A DNA stretch of 64,000 bases. It comes from Eledone cirrhosa (taxonomy: Eukaryota). Below are positions 1-28,721 of this stretch, one piece after another. Under the pieces are notes generated by a model. That model had not been told where the DNA came from, searched no databases, and saw nothing but the letters and a program-made list of their open reading frames with translations. The stretch covers positions 29,450,001-29,514,000 of the forward strand of contig OZ024749.1 of assembly GCA_964016885.1 (NCBI GenBank), read 5' to 3'. The position numbers and the translations under genes are program-made. Positions within the stretch are counted from its first letter, which is position 1, and every line of letters starts with the position of its first letter.

Positions 1-319
1 CTGTGGAATGCTCAGCCACTTGCACGTTAATTTCACGAGCAGGCTATCCTGTTGATATCAACTGGAACACTTGTCATAACCGACAGAGTGCCACTACTAT
101 TGAAGCACACATGACTGTGGCAGAATCGGTAGAGAGTCAGACAAAATTATTTGCAGTATTTGTTGCGTTACATTCTCAGTTGAAATCCCCACCAGTGAGG
201 TCAATGTACCCTTTCATCCTTACAGGGCCAGTAAAATAAAGTACCAGTAATGCAGAAACCATTATCATTTGTTCAAATCCCACCGAGGTTAGCTTTGCCT
301 TTCATCCTACGATCATGAA

Positions 320-598
320 TCAAAGAATACGATCACGAATACAAGCGGACGAAATGGGGGTTCCTCCAAAGGTTCTATGGCGTGCATAGCTCAGACATCA
401 GAGCTCCAATACTATGGGCATGCGGTTAGAATATCTCAGGAAAGCATCGCCAGACAGATTTTACAGGCAAAACCAACTGGCAAGAGACCCAGGTGTAGAT
501 CCAGCCAGATCAGTTGGAGACAGTTGTTTCTGGCAGGACCCACTGGAAGGAGTGTTTGAGGACTCTGTCCCCATGACCTTCTAAGGAATAAATGGACA

Positions 599-628
<30 letters not shown>
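320..628 (+). mobile_element. RTE-clade LINE 3' fragment
   Basis: LQYYGHAVRISQESIARQILQAKPTGKRPR motif typical of the RTE ORF C-terminus; (AAT)n tail. Confidence 0.7.
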
Positions 629-629
<1 letters not shown>

Positions 630-838
630 TCAATTATAAGACTTAAATTTAACTCATAACATTCCATAATTATTTAGCCAAAAATATCTAAATACAGGTT
701 TGTTAATTCAAATGTTTATAGTATATTTAATAGGGGACACATTATTGTGAAAATTTGCAGTAAACAAAAATAAAGATATTTATTTGTAATGTGGTTCCAT
801 GTGGTACAGGATGTTAAGAATCAAGGTCTGCTGTTTAA

Positions 839-1063
839 CCCTTTAGCATTTAAACTGGCCATATCTGGCCAGAATTCCCTTATCTCTTTTTGTTCAAAAC
901 GGCTGTAACCAGCCACTCATAGTGATGTTAAGGTATTGTTTTCAAAATAAATAATATCATCATCAAAATCTCATAGATTCAATATTATGTGAGATAATTA
1001 TCTGAGGTAAAGCCTTTACAATGAAAATATTATAGTAAATAGAGTAATGTGAATGCTAAAGGG
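839..1063. mobile_element. TTAA-type (piggyBac-like) MITE; other copies at 3892-4114, 5746-6232 (SINE-interrupted), 15080-15287, 42281-42468
   Basis: TIR CCCTTTAGCATT...AATGCTAAAGGG flanked by TTAA or one-off variants. Confidence 0.75.
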
Positions 1064-1167
1064 TTGATGTGGTTTCATGTGGTACAGGATGTTAAGAGTT
1101 AAATCAAAGAATAAAAGAAATAAAGAAATGAAATAAAAAAAAGCAAGATATTTGTAGTTAAGCTTAC

Positions 1168-16473
<15,306 letters not shown>

Positions 16474-18894
16474 TGTTCTTGTATAATTGTTGTTGCTGTT
16501 GTTGTTGTTGGTGGTGTTGTTCTTGGTGAGAATGTTGTTGTAAAGCTTCTTCTTCGTTAGATATTATTATATTATCATCTAGGAATAAAGCCGATGAAGA
16601 TAGTGTTGCTGATGGCGGTGATGATGATGGTGTGACGGCTGGTTCATTTATCTAATTAGTGATGATGGTGATGATGATGATATAGTTGGTTCGTTTGTCT
16701 AGTTACTGTTGTTGATGATGATGGTGGTGGTGGTGGTGGTGATGATGATGGTGATGAAGTGGTAGGTGGTTCATTTGTCCTATTAACGTTCTTCTTCTTC
16801 TTGATGATGATGATGATGATGATGATAAAGTGATGGTGGTTTTTCTCTTGTCTAATTACTGTAGTTGATGATGATGATGATGTGGTAGATGGTTCATTTG
16901 TCTAATTAATGATGCTAACGTAGATGATGGGAGGTTGTCTTTTGAAAAAAAAAAATATATACAAATGGGAGGTTATGTGTATATAATATATATACACAGC
17001 TGGCAGGTTATGTGTATATAATATATGTATATACAGATGGCAGGTTATGTGTATATAATATATATATACAGATAGGTTATGTGTATATAATATAATATAT
17101 ATACACAAATGAGAGGTTATGTGTATATAATGTATATACAAATAGAAGGTTATGTATATATAATATATATATATACAAATAGAAAAGAGTTTGAGAAAAT
17201 TATAAGAATATTTTAAAAAACACAGGGGAATATTATTATTATTGTTATTATTAATATATTATTATTATCATTATGGATATTGTGTTTGTTATAATCCTTG
17301 TTTCTGTTGCAATATTTCTGATTAATATTGAAGTAATTAGACCCGATATAATGTTAATATTGGTCACAGTAATTACTTCACATAATTACAACATTTGCAT
17401 ATATATACGTCTGTCTGTACATGTCAGCTTGTACATGTATATGTTTTTCTCTGTGCGTGTTTATGTGTAACATATGTCTGTATGAGTGCATGTATGCATG
17501 TATGTATGTTTGCGTGTGGATTGCTTATTCGTATTATTATTATTATTATTATAGTTCCCTTAATGTGAGCCCTGTGTGGCTAATAAAGAAAGCATTACTA
17601 TTATAGTTGCTAATGATAATGATGTCGTGGTGGTTGTTGTGGTGTTGATAGTGCTTGGTTAGTAGTAGTAGTAGTAGTTGTTACCCTCGTCTGATATTCC
17701 TGTTGTGATGTTTGCTTAGTAGCAGTTATTTACTCTGGTGTTGGTGATGGTAATAGTCCACAATTGTTATAAAGATGTTTACTCTATAATGTTGTTGTTG
17801 GTTGTGGTAGTAGCCGTGATGGTTATGGTTGTAGTTAACGATTGCTAGTAGTCGTTAGTGTATTGATAATGGTGATGACTTTAGTCCACGATTGCTATAA
17901 AGATGTTTACTCTATAATGGTGTTGGTTATCGTCAACGATTGCTAGTGGTAGTTGTTACTGTATTGGTGTTACTGACGATGTGATGGCTACTCTATAATG
18001 ATGTTGGTTATAATCAACGATTGCTAGTGGTAGTTGTTAGCTTTCGTTATAATCAACGATTGTTTAGCAATTGTTTACTCTGGTGTTGGTGATGGTTATA
18101 GTCGACAATTATTAGTAAATGTTACTCTATAATGGTATTGGTTGTGGTGGTGGTGGTGCTTCGTTAGTAGTAGTTGTTATTCTGATATTCCTGTTGTGAT
18201 GATGGCTATAGACAACGAATGTTTAGTAGATACTTACTATGGTGATGATGATGGTGATGGTTATCGCCAACGATTGCTTAGCAGTTGTTTACACTATAAT
18301 GGTGATAGTTGTGGTGATGTTGGTTATAATCAACGATTGCTAGTAGTAGTTGTTACTTTGTAATGGTGATGGCTATAGTTATAGTCAACGATAGCTTAGT
18401 GGTTGTTAACTTAACTTAGATCGATGTCTTCGTTTGTGGTGATGGTTATTCTTAACGATTCCTTAGTAGTAGCTATTCTGATCTGATGTCTTCATTGCGA
18501 TGATGATGATGCTATTAATTAAAAATCATGTTTAAAATCTACACCACCACCTCTCCCACTAAATAATGTTGTGTTGGTTCGATTTCTTTTCTTTTTTTCT
18601 TATTTTCAGGCTTGGTATGATATATTTGTTTCTCGCTTACTTCGTCATTAATAAATGTGTGTGTCTTCTCATTTCTTTGTCGTGGGGGGAAATGTTTCTT
18701 TTAAAAAAAAAAAAAATAAATAGCTTCTTTGTTTTCGTTTGTTCCAATAATGTCTTCTGTTTTCTGTACGTTATCTATATTATAATATTAAAACACTCCT
18801 GAATATTTATCGTGTGAGAAAGACACGATAAATAAAAAAAATCGTACGACACCAACCCCAACCCATAAAAAAATTAGCTTTTAAAGAAAAAAAA

Positions 18895-18945
18895 TCCCGG
18901 TAACCGGAAGCTGGTTGACGAACTCTCCTGTATTCGACATTTTTT
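18895..18945. promoter_or_regulatory. Candidate CDK8 promoter core
   Basis: Local CpG enrichment with ETS-like CCGGAAG about 2.4 kb upstream of the ATG; position inferred only. Confidence 0.3.
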
Positions 18946-19719
18946 TTTAGAAAACTGTGTAGAGCTCTCCTGTAACATCTGTTACTGCGTACACACATAC
19001 ATTTACATCTCTTTCTGTTTGACTATCACTCCCTTTTGCTGTCTCTCTCTCTTTCTCTACTGCTATCTCTTACACCCCCCTCGCTTTCTCTACAGCCATC
19101 TCTTACACTCTCTCTATCTCTTACACTTTCTCTCTCTACCTCTATGTCCAACACTCTCTTACACACTCTGTCTGTTTCTATCTATCACTTGCACACACAC
19201 TCTCTCTTACACTCTTTACCTTTGTTCTACACTCTTTTTCTCTCACACTTTCTTTCACCCTATCTTTCTCTTTCTTGTATTCTACTTCTCTTTCACACAC
19301 ACTCACTCTCTCTCTTGCACTATTTCACATTCTCTCTCTCTCTTTCTGTCTATCTATCAGTGTCTCTCATCTATTAAATAAATATTAAATAAATATAATC
19401 TACAAAAGAAACAAATCAATAAATATCATTATAAAAACCACAAAACAGATGTCCACAATCAGTTACAAACTACAACAGCAACTGTTGGTGTTTCTGCAAA
19501 ACTGCAGAATCACTTCTTCATATTTCTCAAAATATAATAGGAACTAACATCGAACGATCAGGTCAATGATGGGCAAACGAGTCACATACGGCCTGTTTGG
19601 CTTTCTGAATGTCATGTTTGATTTCAAAATTGCCTTGACTCTTTTTTAGTAGTGTGGGCTGCCATATGATGAACCACATTCTATGCAGCCCATTGCATGA
19701 AAAAGGTTGCATATCCATG

Positions 19720-20063
19720 GAGGCACATGGCTTAGTGGTTAGAGCATTGGCCTTGCAATCGAAAGGTTGTGAGTTCAATTCTCAGACCGGGTGATGTGTT
19801 GTTTCCTTGAGCAAGACACTTTATTTCACATTGCTCCAGTTTACTCAGCTGTAGAAATGAGATGATAGGGACTGGGGTCCATATCATTCCACTGTAAAGT
19901 GGTCGTGGAGGTGCCACGGCAAAAAAGCACCCAGCACTCACTGTAAATGAGGTTGGTGTTAGGAAGGGCATCCAACTGTAGAAATCAAGCCAGAATCAGT
20001 TGCCGTCCCACCCTTGCAAGCAGGTAAAAGTGGACGTAAAATGAAATGATGATGATGATGATG
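19720..20063 (+). mobile_element. tRNA-derived SINE family B with (ATG)n tail. Near-identical copy at 32383-32706; partial copies near 2325-2601, 5918-6195, 10338-10800, 33207-33503, 33950-34250, 39705-39930, 42670-43115, 46380-46620, 49171-50247
   Basis: Head tggcttagtggttagagc...gagttcaattc, ccttgagcaagacact domain, gttaggaagggcatccagctgtagaaa body, gacgtaaa-(atg)n tail. Confidence 0.85.
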
Positions 20064-20555
20064 CCTGGATTAGACCAACTAAGGGGACAAGGCCATCTGA
20101 CTAGCTGTTGATTCCCGCTGTATAAATAAAAAAAAAACATTGTTTATCTCTGTACTGTTAGAGCTGAAGCCATAAACAAGGCATATACGAGCCTCACTAC
20201 CAACAATTTCAAGACTAGATATAGTCAGCACATAATTTGTTTCACAACCCAGATAGAAAACTGAAATTGAGGAAAGTAATATGACACAGAAAGTGTGTAT
20301 ATAAGATATATATATATAAACCACTGAATTGAGAAAAAGTCATGTGGTGCAGATAGGGTGTATATAAGATATATATATATATATATATATATACAGTACT
20401 GAATTGTATATATATATAAAGTGTATATAGGGTATATATAAACCACTGAATTGAGTAAATATTATGACACAGGTAGAGTGTATATGATATATATATCACT
20501 GAATTGAGTTAGAAATGTGGTACAGACACTGTGTATATAATATATATATATATAT

Positions 20556-20781
20556 ATATTGTTATACTTTGGGAGGGTCATGTTGCCAATAAGAAACACA
20601 CGCACCAGTTGCTTTCACTTCAATTTATTATAATAAATTTATAAATTTATTATAATAAATTGAAGTGAAAGCAACTGGTGCGTGTGTTTCTTATTGGCAA
20701 CATAACCCTCCCAAAGTATGACAATATCGGTTTCAACACACGTTTTCAGATAAAGAATCTTGCTAAACAAATTCAGAAACG
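20556..20781. mobile_element. Centrally deleted copy of the same palindromic element (172-bp palindrome plus the same tail)
   Basis: Same outer arms and the same tail cggtttcaacacacgttttcagataaagaatcttgctaaacaaattcagaaacg; TA flanks. Confidence 0.8.
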
Positions 20782-21914
20782 AAATATATATATATATATA
20801 TAAAGACACATTCATCCTCCCCACCATTACCACCACCACCACCACCACCACCACCACCACCACCACCACCACCACCAAGGGAGATTATCTTTGGCTTAGA
20901 TCTCACATTCAATTATCTCCCTTCACCAACGACTGATACTAGAGCATAATACCTACACCAAAATCAAATCTAAATCCAAATCCAGGGCCTTCAAACTCCT
21001 ATTGAAGGAACCCCTGCCTGGTTGATCTCCACCACTTCCTATCTCTGACCATATTTGGCCATGTGGGGCCAAGGTATTGGGTCAGATCGTCACATTTTGT
21101 TTTATTTAGTATGGAGAGAAAACAAAAAAGAAAATCAAATGCAGAGAAGTCAGAGAGTAACAAGAATAGTCATTGAGTAGGTCTCAGAGGGTGTGACGAA
21201 AGGCCTCTGACAAAAAAATAACCATCTAGTTTCGAAACTAACTGTGAAATGGATTAGCTACCTAACTAATAATTGTTTCTATTTTTGGCACAAGGCCAGC
21301 AATTATCCCAGTGCATTACTGGTACTTTATTTTATCGACCCCGTAAGGATGAAAGGCAAAGTTAACCTCGGCGGCATTTGAACTCAGATCATAAAGGGAG
21401 GTAACTCTATGCTTCAAAGCATGGAGTCCGACCCTTACCGATACTGCTAATCCACCGCCCTAATAATTGTTTCTACTTTAGGCACAAGGCCAGCAATTAC
21501 CCAGTGCATTACTGGTACTTTATTTTATCGACCCCGTAAGGATGAAAGGCAAAGTCAACCTCGGCGGGATTTGAACTCAGATCGTAAAGAGGCGTAACTA
21601 TGCTGGAAAGCATGGCGTCTGACCCTCCACCGATACTGCCAATCCACTGCCCTAATAAAAAACCTAAGTGAAACTCAACTGGTGTATTTGTTTTATTGGC
21701 AGCATGGCCATCTGAAAGTATAACACACACACACACACCCACTGCACACACACACAAACACACACATATATGTATGCAAAAGGCAAACAGAAATAACAAA
21801 GCAGACAACACAGTACAATGAATGCAAGAGTCAGGCAAAAAGTTCATAAACTGACCAAGATACTCTTATGGGATGACCAAATGAAGTTTATTTTTCAACA
21901 TAGTCCCTGGAAAA

Positions 21915-22130
21915 AAGACTGGAAAGTGGCTATGCTTGAATTGTCAGAAAGTGGTGGGTAGAAATTTTCATAAGGTGCACACAAGGTAAAGTATGGATGC
22001 ACAAGAGATGTAGTGGGATTACAGGTAGGCTAATGGAAAAGGTAGACTTTATTTGCAGCAGATGCACCGGGGAAGTAAGCATAAAGAACACATGTGAAAT
22101 AGATTCCGTCAGCTGCTAGGAGAGCTCTGA
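21915..22130 (+). mobile_element. LINE fragment with a Cys/His zinc-finger-like region (RTE type)
   Basis: Frameshifted GKWLCLNCQKVVGRN...RCTQGKVWMHKRCSGITGRLMEKVDFICSRCTG. Confidence 0.65.
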
Positions 22131-22483
22131 CACAAGTGCAAAGGTCCCTGGCATACCCTGGAGATCAGTGGCTCCGCTTCAGTTCTGACTTGGTCTATAT
22201 AGACCCGTCTAACCCTTGCTAGCAGGGAAAGCAAGCATTAAAACAATGATGATCATAATGATGATAAATATATAACTTAGTGAATGATTTAGAGAGATGA
22301 GTGTGTAAAAATTCCGTAAAATTGTAGGAAATTCAAATGCTGAAATAGTTGTAAAACAGCCAACTGCTACAATGATCATAGCAAAGAGTTGGGTTAAACA
22401 CAACCTCTTATAAATGGATGAATGGTTTGAGAAAAAGAGGAGAGAGAGAATGAAAAGAATATAGTGTATAGCATATACACTCA

Positions 22484-22818
22484 TCTTCTTCTTCGCCCAC
22501 TTATTTCTGAGGGTATTGTGGAGTCAGAGTCCTTAAACACTCCTTCCAGCGGGTCTTGTTAGAAGCAACTGTCTCCAACTGATCTGGCTGGATCCCCAAG
22601 CATGACCAGCCAAGCTCATGGATGTTATTCAAACATCTTGCTCAGGGTCTACCTCTAGCCCTCTTGTCAGTTGGTTTAGTTCAGAGATCAGAGAGTCACT
22701 TTAAGTAGAGCCACTACTTCTCTGAATGAGAGATCACAGCTCCGATACTATGGGCATGTGGTTAGAATGTCTAAGGAAAGAATCGTTGGACAGATTTTAT
22801 GGGCAAAACCAACTGGCA
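22484..22818 (-). mobile_element. RTE LINE 3' end with an inverted 5' segment
   Basis: 22484-22677 is the antisense 3' end with a (GAA)n tail; 22681-22818 is the upstream part in the opposite orientation (compare 56460-56805). Confidence 0.7.
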
Positions 22819-22859
22819 TATATGTTGACATGGAGAATTAAGAATGGGCCACAAACCTC

Positions 22860-23082
22860 ACTGCCACTGCTCACAATGCAGAGTACAGGAAGATAAGTAA
22901 ATACTGGGGCTTGTCTGCCTGCTTCCACTTTGCACTGGTCATTGTCAAAACCTCAGGCGTCCTTGAACCCCATACAGCTGACCTCCTCCAGAAAATTGGA
23001 ATGACAGTAGCTCATCTGAGGTAGGAGTTCTGAAAGGTGGGGTGGCTGTTGCAGTGGGTGTCATTGGCCATTGTCCATGGCT
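22860..23082 (+). mobile_element. CRE-like non-LTR retrotransposon relic, restriction-like endonuclease domain; siblings at about 23333-23490 (+) and 29600-29932 (-)
   Basis: AHNAEYRKISKY...FHFALVIVKTSGVLEPHTADLLQKIG...WLLQWVSLAIVHG with stops; the sibling reads GVLGPHTVKLLRKI...EWLLQRLSLAIVHRN. Confidence 0.7.
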
Positions 23083-23811
23083 ATTTTGTTCAAAAGGCAC
23101 AGCCAAAACACCACTCTGACTTAGATGCAGAGTCTGTCAGCCTCTCCTCCTTCACCCTTTCTTTCATTGCTTAACAATCCTTGCTTCTCCCCCTCCTTTT
23201 CCTCTCTTTTATTGTTTTTTTTTTATTAACTACTCCAATCAACATTGGTCTATTTTCTTTTTTATTATCTATGTATAATTATATACTATGTATAGTATGT
23301 ATAATTATACTATGTATAATTATATACTATGTGTACGGAAATGCTTTTGCGGTCTTGTCCACAAGGCATAGCCCCAACAACACCATGGCGCCCTATGCCC
23401 GAGATCATCACCCTCCCTCCCCTTCCATTCTTCTGTGACCCTAGAACTCTTGTCTTTCCCTTCCTTTTCCGTTTTTAAATATTAATAAAATTACAGTTTA
23501 ATATTGGCTAAGTTAGCTTTTTGGTTTAATAAAAAGAATGATTTATTATATAATTCTGTGTATACTAAAAATGTTTTTTTATTATAATAAAGTAAGTTTG
23601 GAAACTATAATTCTAGAATATTCCAATAAGGAACGAAAATACGCCCCCCTTCCTTTAACACACACACACACACACATATTTATATACATATATATAAATA
23701 TATATATATGTATGTGTGTGTGTGTGTGTTATTTCAAGCGTTAAACTAATATATTTCTTCCTTGTACTGTGTTGGTTGTTTTGTTATGTACACACACATA
23801 CATTATACATG

Positions 23812-23900
23812 AGATGAGTTATCTCCCTTGGCGCGTCTTAGGTCTTTAAACAGTACGTAAGACGGGGAGGAGAAGAAACGAAGAAAAGGAAGAAAAGGAC
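23812..23900 (+). promoter_or_regulatory. Candidate UBE2W promoter/TSS region
   Basis: CpG-containing patch with TTGGCGCG (E2F-like) about 300 bp upstream of exon 1. Confidence 0.3.
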
Positions 23901-24141
23901 ATAGAAACATATAAAACAAACATCTTATTATGGTTTTAGTTTCGTAAGCAGAAAAAAAAAATCTTATTTTTTTTTATATATTAAGCTTCTATAATATACA
24001 TATATATACATTTATATATATATGTTTTCACTTTGGGAGGGTTTTTTTAACCGTCATTGATAAGAATAAAAAGAAAGTAAGGTTATATAAATATATGTAC
24101 ATATATTTCTATACGTATTTATCGTGATAATATAGTTTTAT

Positions 24142-24165
24142 ATGTCCTCAATGGCTTCAATGGAG
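24142..24165 (+). CDS. UBE2W: UBE2W coding exon 1 (MSSMASME; start may be the ATG at 24151)
   Basis: ATGGCTTCAATGGAG|gtaagc resembles the vertebrate UBE2W N-terminus MASMQ|KRLQKEL and is in phase 0 with exon 2. The exon is short, so the link is inferred. Confidence 0.8.
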
Positions 24166-24409
24166 GTAAGCTTTCATATGTTATTTTTCTTTTCACAAAC
24201 TACACTGTTTACTCTAAATAATTACCGATCTTTTTTTCTTTTTTTCCTAAATCATCATCGCTTTATTATGACATCGTCTCGTATATATAAATGTAGATAT
24301 AAGTATAGGTGTATATATATAGATATATGTATGTGTATATATGTAGCTGTATAATGTATTGGTGTTGTCAGTTTTACACACAACATCCTTTGAATATGTT
24401 ATATATATA

Positions 24410-24463
<54 letters not shown>

Positions 24464-24534
24464 TACGGTCCATTTAAAATCACAAATAAATAATTTCTGT
24501 TTCTAAAACATCATTGTTTTACTATGACATCGTC

Positions 24535-24600
<66 letters not shown>

Positions 24601-25057
24601 GCTTTATAATGTTTTGGTCTTGTCACTTTTACGCTGCACCCCTGAATAGTTTATACATATATATATATTTGTTACGATCCATTTAAAATAACAAATAATT
24701 TCCTTTCCTAACTCACCATTGCATTATTATGACATCGTCTCCCTATATATATAAATATTTATTTTTATTAAGGCTAAAAAGTGAGTCTTGTTACTCTGGA
24801 GTTTTGCCTGTAGGTTTATGTTTTGGTCTTGTCAGTATTACATTCTACCTCCGAATATATATATATATATATACAATATATTAACAAATGGAAACTATAT
24901 TTATAAAACCATATTTATTTTATTATACATATTTCAAGAGCCACCAAGGCAGATTATGGTGCGCTTTCATCAGATAAAATATAATACATTAGTTTTATAA
25001 ATAAATATTGACATACCCTGAAAAAATTCAACCTTAACGGTTGGAGCTTCCTGGATG

Positions 25058-25101
<44 letters not shown>

Positions 25102-25408
25102 TATACTGAGAGAGAGAGAGGGTTACGGTCCATTTAGAATAATAAATAACAAATGAACCAGACCAGCCTTATGTCATGTCTTTTACTCTTTCACTTCCTT
25201 CGTTTATACGCGCACACATATATATCCACACATATATATGTATACACACATATATATATGTATACACATATATGTATGTAAGCCCTAGGGTCAAACTGAA
25301 ACCGTTTTGATGGTTGAATGGAAATATAACTATTGATTTCTCTCTCTATGTACATATATTTTCCGTTCGTCCCTTCGTTAAAATATATAACTAAATAACA
25401 TCTCTTCA

Positions 25409-25465
<57 letters not shown>

Positions 25466-26461
25466 TAATATATAATCATCATCATCATCATCATCATCGG
25501 TTAACGTCCATTTTCCACGCTAGCATGGGTTACACATAGATTTTTGTCGATGCTTTTTTATCCACGCCTGCAACTGTCATTTCATTCAATAATGTATTTA
25601 TAATCAACAATATACACTCGTTTATTTGTCTACTCATTTAGTTATATATAATAAACAATATACACTCGTTTATATGTCTATATATTATTATAAATCCCGC
25701 CGAGTTTAACTTTGCCTTTCATCCTTACGTGGTCGATAAAATAATGTACCAGTAATACACTGGATTAATTGCTGGCCTTGTGCCAACAGTAGAAACAATT
25801 ATATATATTAAACAGTATACACTTGTTTACATGTCTATACATTATTATTTATATAATAAACAATATACACTCGTTATGTCTACATTTAATTATATATAAT
25901 AAACAATATACACTCGTTTTCTTCATGGAAAATGTCAGATGTTTTATTTCACTCTATAACTCGCTTATTTTGTCTATATATCTTAATGTATAACAATATA
26001 CACTCATTTGTATGTCTATATAAACGATATACACTCGTTTATGTATGTATACATTGCAGTAATGTTTAGACAACAATATACACCCATTTATTTTGTCTAA
26101 ACATTATAGTTATATATAGACAATATACAAACGTTTATATGTCTATACATTACAGTAATGTATAGACAACAATATACATACTCGTTTATTTTTTCTGTGC
26201 ATTATACAACAATGTACACCCTTTTATTTGTCTATACATTATAGTTATGTATATACACAATATACACCCATTTATTTGTCTATACATTATTAGTTATATA
26301 TAATAATCTACATTCTTTTATTTGTCTATGCATTATAGTTATATATAGACAATATACACACGTTTATTTGTCTATTCGTTATTGTTATATATAGACAATG
26401 TACACTCGTTTATGTTTATACACTACAGAATGTATAGACAATACACACTCTATTTGTCTGC

Positions 26462-26524
<63 letters not shown>

Positions 26525-27640
26525 TCGCACACAAACACAATAGCTATAATGTTTAGCAAACATAAATAAACGAGTGTATATGCATATATTGTCATCGCGT
26601 ATGTATATTCTGGTGTTTTCTCTCATGTTTATACACAGATGTCATTTTCAAATAATACTTTCCTTTTACATAGTGACCAGCCCCTTGTTATTTATAAAAC
26701 ACCACAATATACTATATATATATATATTGTTATACTTTGGGAGGGTCATGTTGCCAATAAGAAACACACGCACCAGTTGCTTTCACTTCAATTTATTATA
26801 CTAAATTTATAAATTTAAGAATTTATAAATTTCCGGTTGGTTGGTTGGTTCCACAACCAGATGGTTGTTTATATATTGTCAAAGTTCTTTCGTCACACAT
26901 TCTGTGACCTCTTCAGTGACTGGGGATTCTTTTCTTTGTTTTTTTTGTGCCTCTCCTTTGTTCTGTCCTACGCCATCTTGTTTTTGTGTGTGTTCACACA
27001 CAAAAACAAGATGGCGTAGGACAGAACAAAGGAGAGGCACAAAAAAAACAAAGAAAAGAATCCCCAGTCACTGAAGAGGTCACAGAATGTGTGACGAAAG
27101 AACTTTGACAATATATAAACAACCATCTGGTTGTGGAACCAACCAACCAACCAACCGGAAATTTATAAATTTATTATAATAAATTGAGGTGAAACAACTG
27201 GTGCGTGTGTTTCTTATTGGCAACATGACCCTCCCAAAGTATAACAATATCGGTTTCAACACACGTTTTCAGATAAAGAATCTTGCTAAACAAATTCAGA
27301 AACGATATATATATATATATATAATAGTTATATAATTACTGTTATATATGATATAATATAATTTTGGCAGTCAGTGTGGTTAGACAGGCAGTTTATAGTA
27401 CATTATGTAACTGGATTATAATATAAGGTTACTGGTATATATAATATATTTATGCTATGTAATATAATAATGAATGTATGTATATATATATATATATATA
27501 TATAACATGGTTAAAAATATATAAGTATTTGTATGTAGATAGCTATATATATACACATGATTTTGACACTCCGGTTTATGAGAGTTTATATTGGCATTTT
27601 ACAACACTCTATATATTGCTGGTATATAATATCACCTGTG

Positions 27641-27697
<57 letters not shown>

Positions 27698-28530
27698 CAT
27701 CATCATCGTTTAGCGTCTATTTTCCACGCTAGCATAGGTTAGACAGGTTGTCCTATTTGAGGCAAACGAGATTTGATGACCATGTCTTGCGCGTGTATAT
27801 AGTTTTGACAAACACTGTGGTGTATATATGAGTGCATTAGAGGCAGTAATAATACACTGTATATAGTATCGTATATATAAAATACATTATATACAGTAAT
27901 AATACAATATACATTATATATAGTAATAATAATTGTGACAGACTCTCTCGTCGAAGATAAAATACACCAGAAGTCCACCACTCCCCTCAATTTTACTGGT
28001 ACTTATTTTATTTCACGACTAACTATACTGATGTGCCGAATTAGTAATTGTAATATAAAGTATAGTCCGGCTATTTCCACCCCCACCTCACCACCTGCTC
28101 AATAATTAATCCACAACTCTCTACGAACGAGAGTGTATTCATTAGAATTACAAATTTAGATATGTATATATTTTTTATTTAATTTTATTTCGTTTTTCAC
28201 AATTTTATAGCCATTTAAACGATGGATATAAAATTAGAATTTGAAAATCGGATGGTGGAATTAGCACAAAAGATAAAACCTCCCAAAATAATATTGTATC
28301 GTAGAGTTCCTTTTTATCTCGTCCACTCCCACTATGCTATCAAAAATGAAACATATATAATTAAGAATGAACTATATTATTATCTCTCTCTCTCATGGCG
28401 ATATAATTGTATTGATATATATATATTTATATAATTGATATTAATGATACTCCAGAAAAATTTTGTTGAGTGTTTCTAATTTGTTGTAAAATTAACTTTG
28501 GTGAATAATCAACAAACCAAATAACTCATT

Positions 28531-28565
<35 letters not shown>

Positions 28566-28687
28566 CATTAATAGATTTTTACGAAAGCACATTACCACAA
28601 GATGCATAGTGCACCTATGGTAATGTAACACCGCGGCACACTATCTTAATGCTACATGGAATGAAATATATATATATATATATACAT

Positions 28688-28721
<34 letters not shown>

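Larger units (their letters stand above)
26724..27304. mobile_element. Palindromic element (527-bp inverted repeat plus 54-bp tail) in (TA)n; probable Penelope-like derivative
   Basis: Arms 26724-26992 and 26995-27250 are near-perfect reverse complements; hammerhead motifs; TA runs on both flanks. Confidence 0.75.

Noticed and set aside
19724-19792. tRNA gene
   Set aside because: The tRNA-like head continues into a SINE body and has multiple dispersed copies; no clean acceptor stem.
26837-27150. Twin 60-aa ORFs on opposite strands
   Set aside because: Automatic consequence of the palindrome; no recognisable protein.
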